Below the pieces are notes generated by a model. That model saw nothing but the letters and a program-made list of their open reading frames with translations. It was not told the origin of the DNA and made no database searches. Shown one piece after another: positions 8,299-18,132 of a DNA stretch of 64,000 nucleotides (its first letter is position 1; each line of letters opens with the position of its first letter). This DNA is from Bacteroidota bacterium (GTDB lineage Bacteria > Bacteroidota > Bacteroidia > NS11-12g > UBA955), in contig SYIL01000018.1 of NCBI GenBank assembly GCA_005798825.1, positions 134,163-198,162 of the forward strand, read 5' to 3'. The translations under genes and the position numbers were made by a program.

Positions 8299-11200
8299 AT
8301 GAAAAAAAACCTTTCAATCATTATCTGCGCCATCTTCTTTACAGGAAGTGCATTGGCACAGGTAACTACCGCTTACTTGAGTGGCGTTGTTACCAATGGA
8401 AACACCGCAGTAGAAAACGCTACCATCAAAGCGGTCTTAACCACCACCACAGCAACGTACACCGCAAACACCCGTTCAGAGGGAGGGTACGACATCTCTA
8501 ACTTAAATGCCGGCGGTCCTTACACCGTGACCATTTCTGCGCCTGGCTTGAAAGACATCGTATTTACCGATGTGTTCCTGACACTGGGTGAAAACTTCAA
8601 ATTAGACGCCGATTTCACCACGGAGAAAATCGGTGGCGTAGTTGTGAGCAATTTTCGTAACGCAAGCAAAACCGGTAGCAACATGAACATCAACAGTCGC
8701 ACACTCAACACCCTGCCAACCATCTCTCGTTCAATCAGTGATTTCACCCGTTTGACTCCTCAAGCCGGAAGCGGTAGTAGTTTCAATGGTCGCGATGGTC
8801 GCTTCAATAATATCACAATTGATGGTGCCAACTTTAACAACAACTTCGGTTTGAGCGACAAAAACTTGCCCGGTGGCGATGCGCAGCCCATTTCTTTGGA
8901 TGCGATTGAAGCCGTTCAGGTGAACATCTCTCCTTTCGATGTACGTCAGTCAAACTTCACCGGTGCTGGTATCAACGCCATCACCAAAAGTGGTTCAAAT
9001 AAAACCACAGCATCCGTTTACACTTTGATGCGCAACGAAAGCTTCAACGGTACCAAAGTAGATACCTTTGACTTGGGCGAACAAAAGAAAACCTCATCCA
9101 ACATTGTGGGTTTCCGTTTGGGTGGTGCCTTGGTAAAAGACAAAATCTTCTACTTCGTGAACTACGAAAACGAGAAAACATCGTTGCCTGGTTTGCAATG
9201 GAAAGCATCTCGTCCAGGTACTGGCCAAAGCGTTTCTGATCCAAATTTGTCGCGTACGTTGGCTACGGACTTGGATTTGGTTCGCACGCACTTGAAAGAA
9301 AAATACGGTTACGAAACCGGCGATTACGAAAATCTGGGCAATTTTATCACTGCCAACCAAAAATTCTTGGCCCGTATTGATTGGAACATTTCTGCCAAGC
9401 ACAAATTCAGCTTGCGTTACACTTCCGTCAGCAATGCCAACGACCAAGTATTGAATGGTACTTCTGCACCAAACCCACGTTCATCTTCAAACCGTTGGAG
9501 TAACAATTCAATGAGCTTTGCAAATTCAAACTACTCTTTTGACAATAAAGTATGGTCATTAGCGGGTGAATTGAAGAGCAATTTAAGCAACAAAGTGAGT
9601 AACCAATTATTGCTGACCTACACCAGCATCACCGATGCCCGTGGAACCAACAGCACACCGTTCCCATTCGTAGATATTAAAAAAGGCGGTGACAACTACA
9701 TGAGCTTCGGTTATGAGTTGTTCAGCTATAACAACAAAGTAAGCAACAACACTTTGTCGTTCATTGACAACATTACCTACAACATGAAAAAGCACACCAT
9801 CACTGCGGGTGTAGCGTACGATCAGATGTATGTGGGTAACGCATTCCAACGCTATGGTAGTAGCTACTATCGTTACGATTCATTGAGTCAGTTCTTGAAC
9901 GGCAAGGCTCCTTCTGCTTATGCTTTGACTTATGGTTACGGTGGCGATGATACCCCAGTGGGTGCTGAATTGTCGTTCGGTCAGTTGGCTGGGTACGTGC
10001 AAGACGAATTCCGTGCCAGCAAGAAACTGAAAATCACCGCAGGTTTGCGTGTGGATGTACCCATTTACACTTCTGAGTCTAAAGCCAATGCTGGCTTCGC
10101 TAAATACGATACCGCGGCTTTGTTTAAAGACCCTTCAGGAACTGCCATCAAATACAACCCCAACAACTGGCCCGCAGGTTCTCCTTTGGTATCGCCCCGA
10201 GTAGGTTTCAACTACGATGTTAATGGCGACAAAGATTTAATTATCCGAGGTGGAACAGGTGTCTTCACCGGTCGTTTGCCTTTCGTTTGGTTCACCAACC
10301 AGCCTTCAAACGCCTATGGTGTGCAAGCAACTGTAGAGGTAACCAAAGCGGCTGATTTGGCCGGTTACATTTTCAATGCCGACCCAACTACTTACTTGAA
10401 CAAGTTCCCAACCACCCCTGGCACATTGCCATCGGGTGCATCATTTGCCAAGGTAGACAACAACTTCAAGTTTCCTCAGGTTTGGAGAACTAGCATCGGA
10501 ATCGACAAGAAATTGCCTTTCGATTTGGATTTCTCTGCTGATATCATCTACACCAAGGAACTGAACGGTGTTTATCAGTACAACGCCAACTATGCGAAGG
10601 CTGACACGACGTATTTCACTGGCACAGAATGGGAGCGTGCTGCTTACAAGAAAGCCGCAAGTCGCTCTTATGTTGGAACCGTGCGTGAAGCGATGGTTTT
10701 GAGCAACACCAACCTAGGCAGTGGCTTGAGTGCAGCATTCACTTTGAGCCGCAACTTCAAAAAAGGCTTGATCGGATCAATTAGTTACGCTTTCAACAAC
10801 ACCAAAGACATTACGTCTAACCCTGGTTCTCAAGCGGCATCAGCTTGGAGCAATAACCGCACCGTGGGCGGAAACAACGCACAAGAGTTGGCCATTTCTG
10901 AATACTCTACCCCCAACCGTGTGATTGCCAACATTTCGAAGAAGTTTGAATATGGCAATCGTTTCGCTACCACCGTAAGTTTGGTTTACGATGGTTACAA
11001 CCCAGGTCGCTACAGTTATGTTTACTCAACCGATATCAACAACGATGGTTTAACGGGTAACGATTTGTTGTTCGTACATGCATCTTCGGATATCAAATTC
11101 TCTGACCTAGTCGTAAGTGCTAAGACCATCACCGCTGCTGACCAAGCCAAAGCTTGGGATGCCTACGTTGCACAAGACAAATATTTGAGCGCCCACAAAG

Positions 11201-11532
11201 GCCAATTCGTTGAGCGCAACGGTGGTTTGTTACCGTGGTTGCACCGCTTCGATTTGCGTTTATTGCAGGACATTGCCCAGAACATTGGCAAGAACAAGCA
11301 CACATTGCAATTGAGTGCTGATATCTTGAACATTGGTAACATGATCAACCCTGCATGGGGTATCCGCAAGCAAATGACTGTAAGCAACGGTGGTGTATTG
11401 AGATACAACGCCACCAATGGCACTTACAACTTCAATGCTGTAAACGGTGTGTTGCCTGTTGAAAGTTTCCGTCCTATCGTAAGCACCTCAACCACTTGGG
11501 GCATGCAGTTGGGATTGCGTTATTCTTTCTAA
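8299..11532 (+). CDS. Oar-like TonB-dependent receptor with N-terminal carboxypeptidase-regulatory-like domain
   Basis: Signal peptide, GGPYTVTIS, IDGANFNNNFGL, FTGAGINAITKSGSN plug motif, SPRVGFNYD, C-terminal QLGLRYSF (terminal Phe). Confidence 0.92.
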   Translation: MKKNLSIIICAIFFTGSALAQVTTAYLSGVVTNGNTAVENATIKAVLTTTTATYTANTRSEGGYDISNLNAGGPYTVTISAPGLKDIVFTDVFLTLGENFKLDADFTTEKIGGVVVSNFRNASKTGSNMNINSRTLNTLPTISRSISDFTRLTPQAGSGSSFNGRDGRFNNITIDGANFNNNFGLSDKNLPGGDAQPISLDAIEAVQVNISPFDVRQSNFTGAGINAITKSGSNKTTASVYTLMRNESFNGTKVDTFDLGEQKKTSSNIVGFRLGGALVKDKIFYFVNYENEKTSLPGLQWKASRPGTGQSVSDPNLSRTLATDLDLVRTHLKEKYGYETGDYENLGNFITANQKFLARIDWNISAKHKFSLRYTSVSNANDQVLNGTSAPNPRSSSNRWSNNSMSFANSNYSFDNKVWSLAGELKSNLSNKVSNQLLLTYTSITDARGTNSTPFPFVDIKKGGDNYMSFGYELFSYNNKVSNNTLSFIDNITYNMKKHTITAGVAYDQMYVGNAFQRYGSSYYRYDSLSQFLNGKAPSAYALTYGYGGDDTPVGAELSFGQLAGYVQDEFRASKKLKITAGLRVDVPIYTSESKANAGFAKYDTAALFKDPSGTAIKYNPNNWPAGSPLVSPRVGFNYDVNGDKDLIIRGGTGVFTGRLPFVWFTNQPSNAYGVQATVEVTKAADLAGYIFNADPTTYLNKFPTTPGTLPSGASFAKVDNNFKFPQVWRTSIGIDKKLPFDLDFSADIIYTKELNGVYQYNANYAKADTTYFTGTEWERAAYKKAASRSYVGTVREAMVLSNTNLGSGLSAAFTLSRNFKKGLIGSISYAFNNTKDITSNPGSQAASAWSNNRTVGGNNAQELAISEYSTPNRVIANISKKFEYGNRFATTVSLVYDGYNPGRYSYVYSTDINNDGLTGNDLLFVHASSDIKFSDLVVSAKTITAADQAKAWDAYVAQDKYLSAHKGQFVERNGGLLPWLHRFDLRLLQDIAQNIGKNKHTLQLSADILNIGNMINPAWGIRKQMTVSNGGVLRYNATNGTYNFNAVNGVLPVESFRPIVSTSTTWGMQLGLRYSF

Positions 11533-11575
11533 GCCAATCCATTATTCGCCCTAGGCGATTCGTATTGATTCAATT

Positions 11576-11612
11576 AAAAGGAGGGGAGGCCGTTGGCCTC
11601 CCCCCCTTTTTT
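11576..11612 (+). terminator. Intrinsic terminator, probably bidirectional
   Basis: ggggaggcc-gtt-ggcctcccc stem with a downstream T run and an upstream A run. Confidence 0.8.
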
Positions 11613-11765
11613 ACCCAAATCGAACCCATGCGAATGACCAGAATATCAACACATTGTTAATCCTGTAATCGATTGTAGAAAAATAAGTTCACATTGTTTA
11701 CCAAAAGGTAAAAATCAATTCAAACCCCGATTACATCATGGAAATAATGTTGGAATTGAAAAACC

Positions 11766-11945
11766 ATGAAAAATCTTTTCAAAACCCCAGCAGCAACTGG
11801 CCTGATAATCCTCTTCGGCCCCTTGCTCAATTCTGCATCAGCACAATCCATGCTGATCTCATAAGTGTTTGTCAATCCATCGGGTACCGACTCATGCAAA
11901 GAATTTGTAGAGCTCGTTGCCACCAAATCCATCGATTTCAGCGCG
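11766..11945 (+). pseudogene. Truncated remnant of a secreted lamin-tail-domain-like protein, with an in-frame TAA
   Basis: One frame reads [59 protein letters not shown]: a signal peptide plus an ISEVxxNPxGxD..EFVEL motif, broken by TAA at 11862-11864 and ending where metG sequence begins on the other strand. Confidence 0.7.
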
Positions 11946-13653
11946 CCGCTGTTGCCTGCAACTTCGCAATCTGCGCCTCAATCACATCATCTTCAATTTT
12001 CTGAAACAACAAGCCCGCAGCGCCCAGTGTATGTCCTTCAGCCAACTCAAACCATTTGCCGGGCTGCGGCCCAGACAACCAGAACGGTTGTTTATCATCG
12101 GTAGATACCTCAACACCCAACTGCGACAACAAACGGCTGCTCGCATCCGGCATAAACGGTTCCATCAGTAAAGCCAAATTGTATAGCACCTGCACCGCCT
12201 CACTCAACACCATCGCCGTTGCCTCAGCATCGGTCTTCACCAACTTCCAAGGCTCGTGTTCGGCCAAATATTTGTTCCCCAATCGGGCCAATTCCATCAT
12301 TTTAAATTGCGCATCGCGGAACTGATAGTTGTTTAACAAATCAACTACCGGACGCAGATACTCGACAACCATGGGATGATCACCCGCACTACCGTGATCA
12401 AACAGTGCATAAGGCTCACGCACGGCACCCACCGCAGGCATCACCCCTTCGTAATATTTCTGCATCAACACCAACACACGGTTGGCGAAATTGCCTAAAA
12501 TCCCCACCAACTCTGAATTTACACGGGTTTGGTAATCCTTCCAGGTAAACTCACTGTCCTTGGTCTCAGGGGCGATCGAGGTCAGCACATACCGCAACTC
12601 ATCCTTTCGGTTCGGCATTTCTTCCAAATATTCATTCAACCACACCGCCCAATTTCTGCTGGTCGATATTTTCTGTCCTTCCAAATTCAAAAACTCATTC
12701 GCCGGCACCTGTTCAGGCAACACATATCCATCGCCGCGCAAATACAACATCGCCGGGAAAATGATACAATGAAATACGATGTTGTCCTTGCCAATGAAAT
12801 GCACCAAATGAGAATCACCCGTCCACCATTGCTCCCAATCATTCGGACGCAATTCTTTGGTGGCCGAAATGTATCCAATGGGCGCTTCAAACCACACATA
12901 CAACACCTTACCATCTGCGCCTTCTAAAGGCACAGGCACACCCCACTCCAAATCGCGGGTCATCGCCCTGGGCCTCAAACCCTCATTCAACCAACTCTTA
13001 CACTGTCCGAACACATTGCTCTTCCAATGCGATTTTCCACCCAACCATTCATTCAAAAAGGTCTCTTGAATTTCATCCAAAGGCAAGTACCAGTTCACCG
13101 TTTCTTTCATCACAGGAACGGTGCCACTCAACGCCGATTTGGGATTGAGCAATTCCGTTGGGCTCAACGTACTCCCACACTTTTCGCACTGATCGCCGTA
13201 AGCACCTTCATTTTTGCAGGATGGACAAGTACCAACAATATAGCGATCTGCCAAAAACTGCCCCGCCTGCTCATCGAAATACTGCTCGGAGCGAATCTCT
13301 TTGAAGGCCCCTTTCTCGTAAAGATTTTTAAAAAATACCTGCGACAATTCTTTGTGAGTGGCATTCGACGTGCGCGAATAGATATCGAACGATATGCCCA
13401 ATTCCTTGAACGAATCACCGATGATTTTATGGTAGCGATTCACCACATCTTGTGAGGTAACGCCCTCTTTCCTTGCCCTCAGCGTAATTGGCACGCCATG
13501 CTCGTCGCTACCGCAAATAAACAGCACCTCTTCACCCCGCAACCGTTGGACACGGGCGTGGATATCGGCAGGAATATAAACCCCAGCCAAATGGCCAATG
13601 TGTATGGGCCCATTGGCATAAGGAAGGGCAGCGGTAATGGTAATCTTCGACAT
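11938..13653 (-). CDS. metG: Methionine--tRNA ligase lacking the C-terminal dimerisation/tRNA-binding domain (571 aa)
   Basis: [25 protein letters not shown] zinc knuckles, KISTS; ends [20 protein letters not shown]. Confidence 0.95.
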   Translation of the reverse strand: MSKITITAALPYANGPIHIGHLAGVYIPADIHARVQRLRGEEVLFICGSDEHGVPITLRARKEGVTSQDVVNRYHKIIGDSFKELGISFDIYSRTSNATHKELSQVFFKNLYEKGAFKEIRSEQYFDEQAGQFLADRYIVGTCPSCKNEGAYGDQCEKCGSTLSPTELLNPKSALSGTVPVMKETVNWYLPLDEIQETFLNEWLGGKSHWKSNVFGQCKSWLNEGLRPRAMTRDLEWGVPVPLEGADGKVLYVWFEAPIGYISATKELRPNDWEQWWTGDSHLVHFIGKDNIVFHCIIFPAMLYLRGDGYVLPEQVPANEFLNLEGQKISTSRNWAVWLNEYLEEMPNRKDELRYVLTSIAPETKDSEFTWKDYQTRVNSELVGILGNFANRVLVLMQKYYEGVMPAVGAVREPYALFDHGSAGDHPMVVEYLRPVVDLLNNYQFRDAQFKMMELARLGNKYLAEHEPWKLVKTDAEATAMVLSEAVQVLYNLALLMEPFMPDASSRLLSQLGVEVSTDDKQPFWLSGPQPGKWFELAEGHTLGAAGLLFQKIEDDVIEAQIAKLQATAAR

Positions 13654-13660
13654 GAGAGTA

Positions 13661-13668
13661 CAAAGATA
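13661..13668 (-). promoter_or_regulatory. -7 promoter element of metG
   Basis: TATCTTTG, 7 nt upstream of the ATG. Confidence 0.55.
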
Positions 13669-13671
13669 CTT

Positions 13672-16600
13672 TTACCGCGAATAAATCTGTAGGTATTTCT
13701 GCACGCTTTGTTTGTAATAGGGCTTGAATATTGGCTGAACCGATCGTAGCTGCTCCCTTTCTCTGATCTTCGTTCTCAAAACATCTGCCATTTCTTGGGG
13801 TATTTCGGGCGAATTTTCTTCGGCTCGATTGGATTCACGGCGCACTTCTTGATCTTGATTTCTATCAGCCTTTTCGTTTTCCAACAAGCGTGTCATAATT
13901 TGTTTTTGCCGTTCCATAGACTGTTGATTCAAACGCCCATTAACAATATCTTTTTCCTGTTGATTCATCAATTTTTCAATCTCCAATAGCGAATTAGACA
14001 TCCCCTGTTTACCCTCCTGTCCGAGCTGTTTTCGAAGTTGTTCCACCTGACGGCGAAGCGCCTCTTGCATTAAGGCCATTTTGGCCAAACCTTCACTTAA
14101 CTCTCGCTGGGTGGGTTCTCCAGATTCTCCCGCTTTTTCCGCTTTTCCTCCTGATTGAGATTTGCCAGATTGTGGTGGTTTGACTCGTTTCTGATTTTGT
14201 AATTTTTGTAATTTTTCACCGAGTTCTTTCTGTGCATCTGATAACTTATCACTGGGCTTGGGCTTTCCAGTTTTTCCTGATCCAGCGTTATTTGGGTTGT
14301 TACAACTTTTCTTCCCATCCTGCTTTTGTTGACTTGACATCTTTTGTTGCATATTTTGCAAACTTTCCATCAACATCTCAGCCAGATTATTGAGTCCAGT
14401 CATAACATATTGTTCATGCATGGCCGCTGAAGCAATTCCACGCACTTTCATTTCCTCTAACGCCATGGCCATTTGTGTGTTCACCCTAAGCATCTCTTTG
14501 CTTACAAAATTATTTATCATGGGCTGTCTTTTAGACAAGGCCATCAAACTATCTTCTATAAACAATAAAGACTCTTTTAGCCGCATTTGTTCTTTGTTGA
14601 GAGCAACTAATTTGGGGTTTTCAGGATTTACTTTTTGCATTTCAATAAAAATTGCTTCTTGTCTGTTCGAAGCCTCAATGAGATTTTCCAGCAAAGCCCT
14701 CAGGGTTTGGTAGTCCTCTGCTAATCTTTTGTTCTGTTCCTGCTCAAAATTTTCCTGCATCTCCTGCATTGCTTCTTTCATTTTCTGAGCAGACTTTCGC
14801 ATTTTTTCAGATGCAGCGGGTTTACGGTTATTCTGCAACTCTTGTGAGGCTTTCTGAGACTCGTTGCCAGCCTCCTTGCGCAGTTGTTCTCCCATCTTTA
14901 AATCCATCGGCTTTTCCAATTCTTGATTTTTTTTGCGTATGTCTTGAATGCCCTTTTCTATATCCAGTAAAGCCTCATTCTGCTTTTCTTGTTTCTGTAT
15001 AATGTCTTCAGATGTCTCTTTCCCCTTCTCCTTATCGGTTTGCACAGATAAATTTTCTTCCTTATCTACCCATTCCTGAATCTTTTCCAACTGATTTACC
15101 ATGGCCTCCTCTAGTTCTAATTCCTTTAGCTGCTCCATCAATTTATCCAATTCCTTTGCGGTTTCTTGACCCAACTGACTCAATTTTTGCATCTTTTCAT
15201 TTAACTGTTCTTTGTTTGCCTTTTGCTCTAATAAGGCATTGATCTCGTTTATCAATTTTTGCATTTCGGGATTAGTCAATTGCTTTATACGCTCATTTAA
15301 TGCATCTTTTTTTTTCTCAAGCTCTGCAGAAACGGGCGATAAATTCTTTTTTTGAATGCTAATTTGGGTTTGTTTTTTATCAATTTGTTTGAGGGTTTCC
15401 ACCAGTTTTTGTTGTTCATTAAGCCAGTTTTTGACCTTATTTTCTCCATCCCAATCCATGGCTTGCCTTTGCATGGTTTCCTGCAATTTCGCAGCCTCCT
15501 TTTGAAGTTCCTTCAGTGCCTTTGCAGAATTACCCATACCTTTTAATATAGTAGCCTCTTGTTTTTCTAATTCGCGCAGTACTTCTTTTTCAGAAGTTAC
15601 TTCCAAAGTGCGAATCGAAGTGCGAAACACCTTGCCTCCATGAATTGCATCATTGTCACGCAATACAAATTGGTATTCTAATTCTTCTCCACTTTGCAAA
15701 CCCATTGACAGCAAATCAATCGCGTGCATCACAGGTATATTTATTCCCAATCCATTAAACAATATTTTTTTGGACCACCCACTGTCTTTGGTGCGCAATC
15801 CAATATGTTTGATTCGAGACAAAAACAAAACTTCTTTTAATCCGTAATCATCATTTGCCAGACCCAAAAAATACCAGGTCCCCAATCTTACACTATCGGG
15901 CAAAGCATCTACCTGAATAGATGGATATTCATCGGCTTGTACAACCAAATTTGAGGTAAACGTATCAACTGAAAACCCATTAGGTCCTTTCATTGAAAAC
16001 CGTAAGCATTCGTTAGTTCGGGCGATATACTCAATTTGAGTAGTCTCGCCCTCTTTGGCAAAGAAAATTTTACCCTTATTAGAAGAATTATTTAACTGCC
16101 AAGCTTTCACATTCAAACCACGTAATTCCCAGACCAAACGAGTGCCTTCTGGAACCAATAGTGTTTCGGGATTTGTCATTTCGGCGTTCACAAAACCAGT
16201 ATATGAGGGGAAATACGCCTTCACATTTAAGGATTGCCACCGGGGTTTTTTGATTGCCGTTAAGACATATCCACCCAGTGAGAATCCCATAGATTCCAAT
16301 CTAAAGGGGGTGTTTTCATGAACAGATTCAAATACATATTGAAAATGGTCGGCATCCAATTTTCTCGCGCGAATGGATTGATTGTCCAAAACAACATCCA
16401 CAAAATCTGGGACCATAAGGCCAGAGGCCTTGATGTCTAAAACAAAACGGGAATCCTGATCTACAATTAACTTTGACTGATCGACAAAAAGCTGAAAAGG
16501 GGCTTCTTGGATATATTCTTTTTGATAATTAAAAACACGTTTAGCACCCAACAAAATTCCTGAAGATTGAGAAAGAACAAGGGCTACTAAAAACAAAAAA

Positions 16601-17079
16601 ACCACGCTCAAACGAAGTATCCATTTACGGTGTTTTTTCCAATCTAAAGCCATCAAAAAAGGAAATGCCTTGAGCGATTGTGTTTTCTGCTCAATCCCTG
16701 CCAAAAGCATATTATTGGCTTCCGAATGTTTTGCCATCTCTTCCATTTGCAATAAATTCAGTAACTTGTCTTGAACATCATTAAAATGCATACCTATAAA
16801 GTTTGCAGCCTCTTTGTGTGAAAGTACCCTCCCTACACCCCGCATTTTGAGATACGGAAAAATGACACCGTAAACCAATAAAAAAGAAAATCCAAGACAT
16901 ATAAACCAGAGTAAACAGAATCTTACTGAAACAGAAAACCAAAGATTATTCTCCAATAAAAAGATAAATGCACATAAAAACACCGAAGCTACAAGGGCAA
17001 AAAGGGAACCCCTCAACAACCTATGTCGATAGTATGTATGAATAAATTCATCCAGTTTAACCCGAATTCCCGCCTGCAT
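13672..17079 (-). CDS. DUF4175-like membrane-anchored coiled-coil protein
   Basis: N-terminal TMs, QDKLLNLLQM, DDYGL, long Q/E/K-rich coiled coil, RLLENEKA..QE near the C terminus. Confidence 0.75.
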   Translation of the reverse strand: MQAGIRVKLDEFIHTYYRHRLLRGSLFALVASVFLCAFIFLLENNLWFSVSVRFCLLWFICLGFSFLLVYGVIFPYLKMRGVGRVLSHKEAANFIGMHFNDVQDKLLNLLQMEEMAKHSEANNMLLAGIEQKTQSLKAFPFLMALDWKKHRKWILRLSVVFLFLVALVLSQSSGILLGAKRVFNYQKEYIQEAPFQLFVDQSKLIVDQDSRFVLDIKASGLMVPDFVDVVLDNQSIRARKLDADHFQYVFESVHENTPFRLESMGFSLGGYVLTAIKKPRWQSLNVKAYFPSYTGFVNAEMTNPETLLVPEGTRLVWELRGLNVKAWQLNNSSNKGKIFFAKEGETTQIEYIARTNECLRFSMKGPNGFSVDTFTSNLVVQADEYPSIQVDALPDSVRLGTWYFLGLANDDYGLKEVLFLSRIKHIGLRTKDSGWSKKILFNGLGINIPVMHAIDLLSMGLQSGEELEYQFVLRDNDAIHGGKVFRTSIRTLEVTSEKEVLRELEKQEATILKGMGNSAKALKELQKEAAKLQETMQRQAMDWDGENKVKNWLNEQQKLVETLKQIDKKQTQISIQKKNLSPVSAELEKKKDALNERIKQLTNPEMQKLINEINALLEQKANKEQLNEKMQKLSQLGQETAKELDKLMEQLKELELEEAMVNQLEKIQEWVDKEENLSVQTDKEKGKETSEDIIQKQEKQNEALLDIEKGIQDIRKKNQELEKPMDLKMGEQLRKEAGNESQKASQELQNNRKPAASEKMRKSAQKMKEAMQEMQENFEQEQNKRLAEDYQTLRALLENLIEASNRQEAIFIEMQKVNPENPKLVALNKEQMRLKESLLFIEDSLMALSKRQPMINNFVSKEMLRVNTQMAMALEEMKVRGIASAAMHEQYVMTGLNNLAEMLMESLQNMQQKMSSQQKQDGKKSCNNPNNAGSGKTGKPKPSDKLSDAQKELGEKLQKLQNQKRVKPPQSGKSQSGGKAEKAGESGEPTQRELSEGLAKMALMQEALRRQVEQLRKQLGQEGKQGMSNSLLEIEKLMNQQEKDIVNGRLNQQSMERQKQIMTRLLENEKADRNQDQEVRRESNRAEENSPEIPQEMADVLRTKIREREQLRSVQPIFKPYYKQSVQKYLQIYSR

Positions 17080-17133
17080 AATTTACAACAAATATAAACC
17101 AAGCAAAGGGGTATTTTAATTCCACTATAAACA

Positions 17134-17325
17134 ATGGCTGATTTCCCAAATTGTTTCATTGGGTATCTCTGCAGAGCGTTTTTGATTGGAATTCTATTTG
17201 GTTGTAAGCTGTCGCAAAGAATTCAGGTAAATTGGGATGACACTAAGCTGGTGGGTGCCAAGTTGTTCGGTACGGGCCATTACAGGTATTTTATAATGGA
17301 GCAAACCATTGCCCATCCAGATTGA
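17134..17325 (+). CDS. Possible small membrane protein or degraded gene
   Basis: 63-aa ORF with an A-rich start context filling an otherwise empty 340-bp gap; no recognisable family. Confidence 0.25.
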   Translation: MADFPNCFIGYLCRAFLIGILFGCKLSQRIQVNWDDTKLVGAKLFGTGHYRYFIMEQTIAHPD

Positions 17326-17418
17326 TTATGGGCGCCAAATTTTGCCTAAACAGTTACAACTCTTTAAACAAAACACAATGCAATGTATCGGCAAGGCCTA
17401 GCTTACTATGCCGCGCAA

Positions 17419-18132
17419 TTATCGCAATAAATTATCTAACAATATAGCAGAAGCCAAAGCCGCATTGAGTGATTCTGCACCCCCATTCCCTGGAATGGTA
17501 ATGCGCTTTGTTACCAGTGATTGTGCTTCTAATCGAATTCCATGAGACTCACTTCCCACTATGAGCATACTTTTTCCTGTGATTTTTTGATTGTGAATGG
17601 AACCACCATCCAAAAAAGCACCATACACGGTTCGCCCTTCAACCACTTGGTTCAATTTAGTATACACAACCGAAACCCGCAAAAATGATCCCATACTTGC
17701 ATTCAAACACTTCGGATTATACATATCTACACAATCTTCAGAGGCAATTACCTGGTGTAAACCAAACCAATCTGCCAAACGAATAATAGAACCCATATTG
17801 CCTGGATCACTGATTCCATCCAATGCCAGTATGAAGTTAACCTCATGATTCAGGGCATGGTATACTGGCATACGCACCAAAGCAAGCACACCAGGAGCCG
17901 TATCAAACGCTGTCAACTTTTTATTCTCATTTGCAGACATGATTTCCAAGGGATAGCTGGGTTCATACCGATTTACAAATTCCTTGGTGGCCCAAATACC
18001 ATCAATTTCCCAGTCACTGTGGAATACTTCCTCCACCATCTTTCGGCCCTCGATAACAAATTGGCCATATTTTTGCCTATACTTTGGCATTCGAAGAGAA
18101 GCGATATGCTTAATTTGAGGTGTAGATGACAT
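17419..18132 (-). CDS. TrmH/SpoU family RNA methyltransferase
   Basis: DGISDPGNMGSIIRLADWFG, GSESHGI, AESLNAALA. Confidence 0.92.
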   Translation of the reverse strand: MSSTPQIKHIASLRMPKYRQKYGQFVIEGRKMVEEVFHSDWEIDGIWATKEFVNRYEPSYPLEIMSANENKKLTAFDTAPGVLALVRMPVYHALNHEVNFILALDGISDPGNMGSIIRLADWFGLHQVIASEDCVDMYNPKCLNASMGSFLRVSVVYTKLNQVVEGRTVYGAFLDGGSIHNQKITGKSMLIVGSESHGIRLEAQSLVTKRITIPGNGGAESLNAALASAILLDNLLR

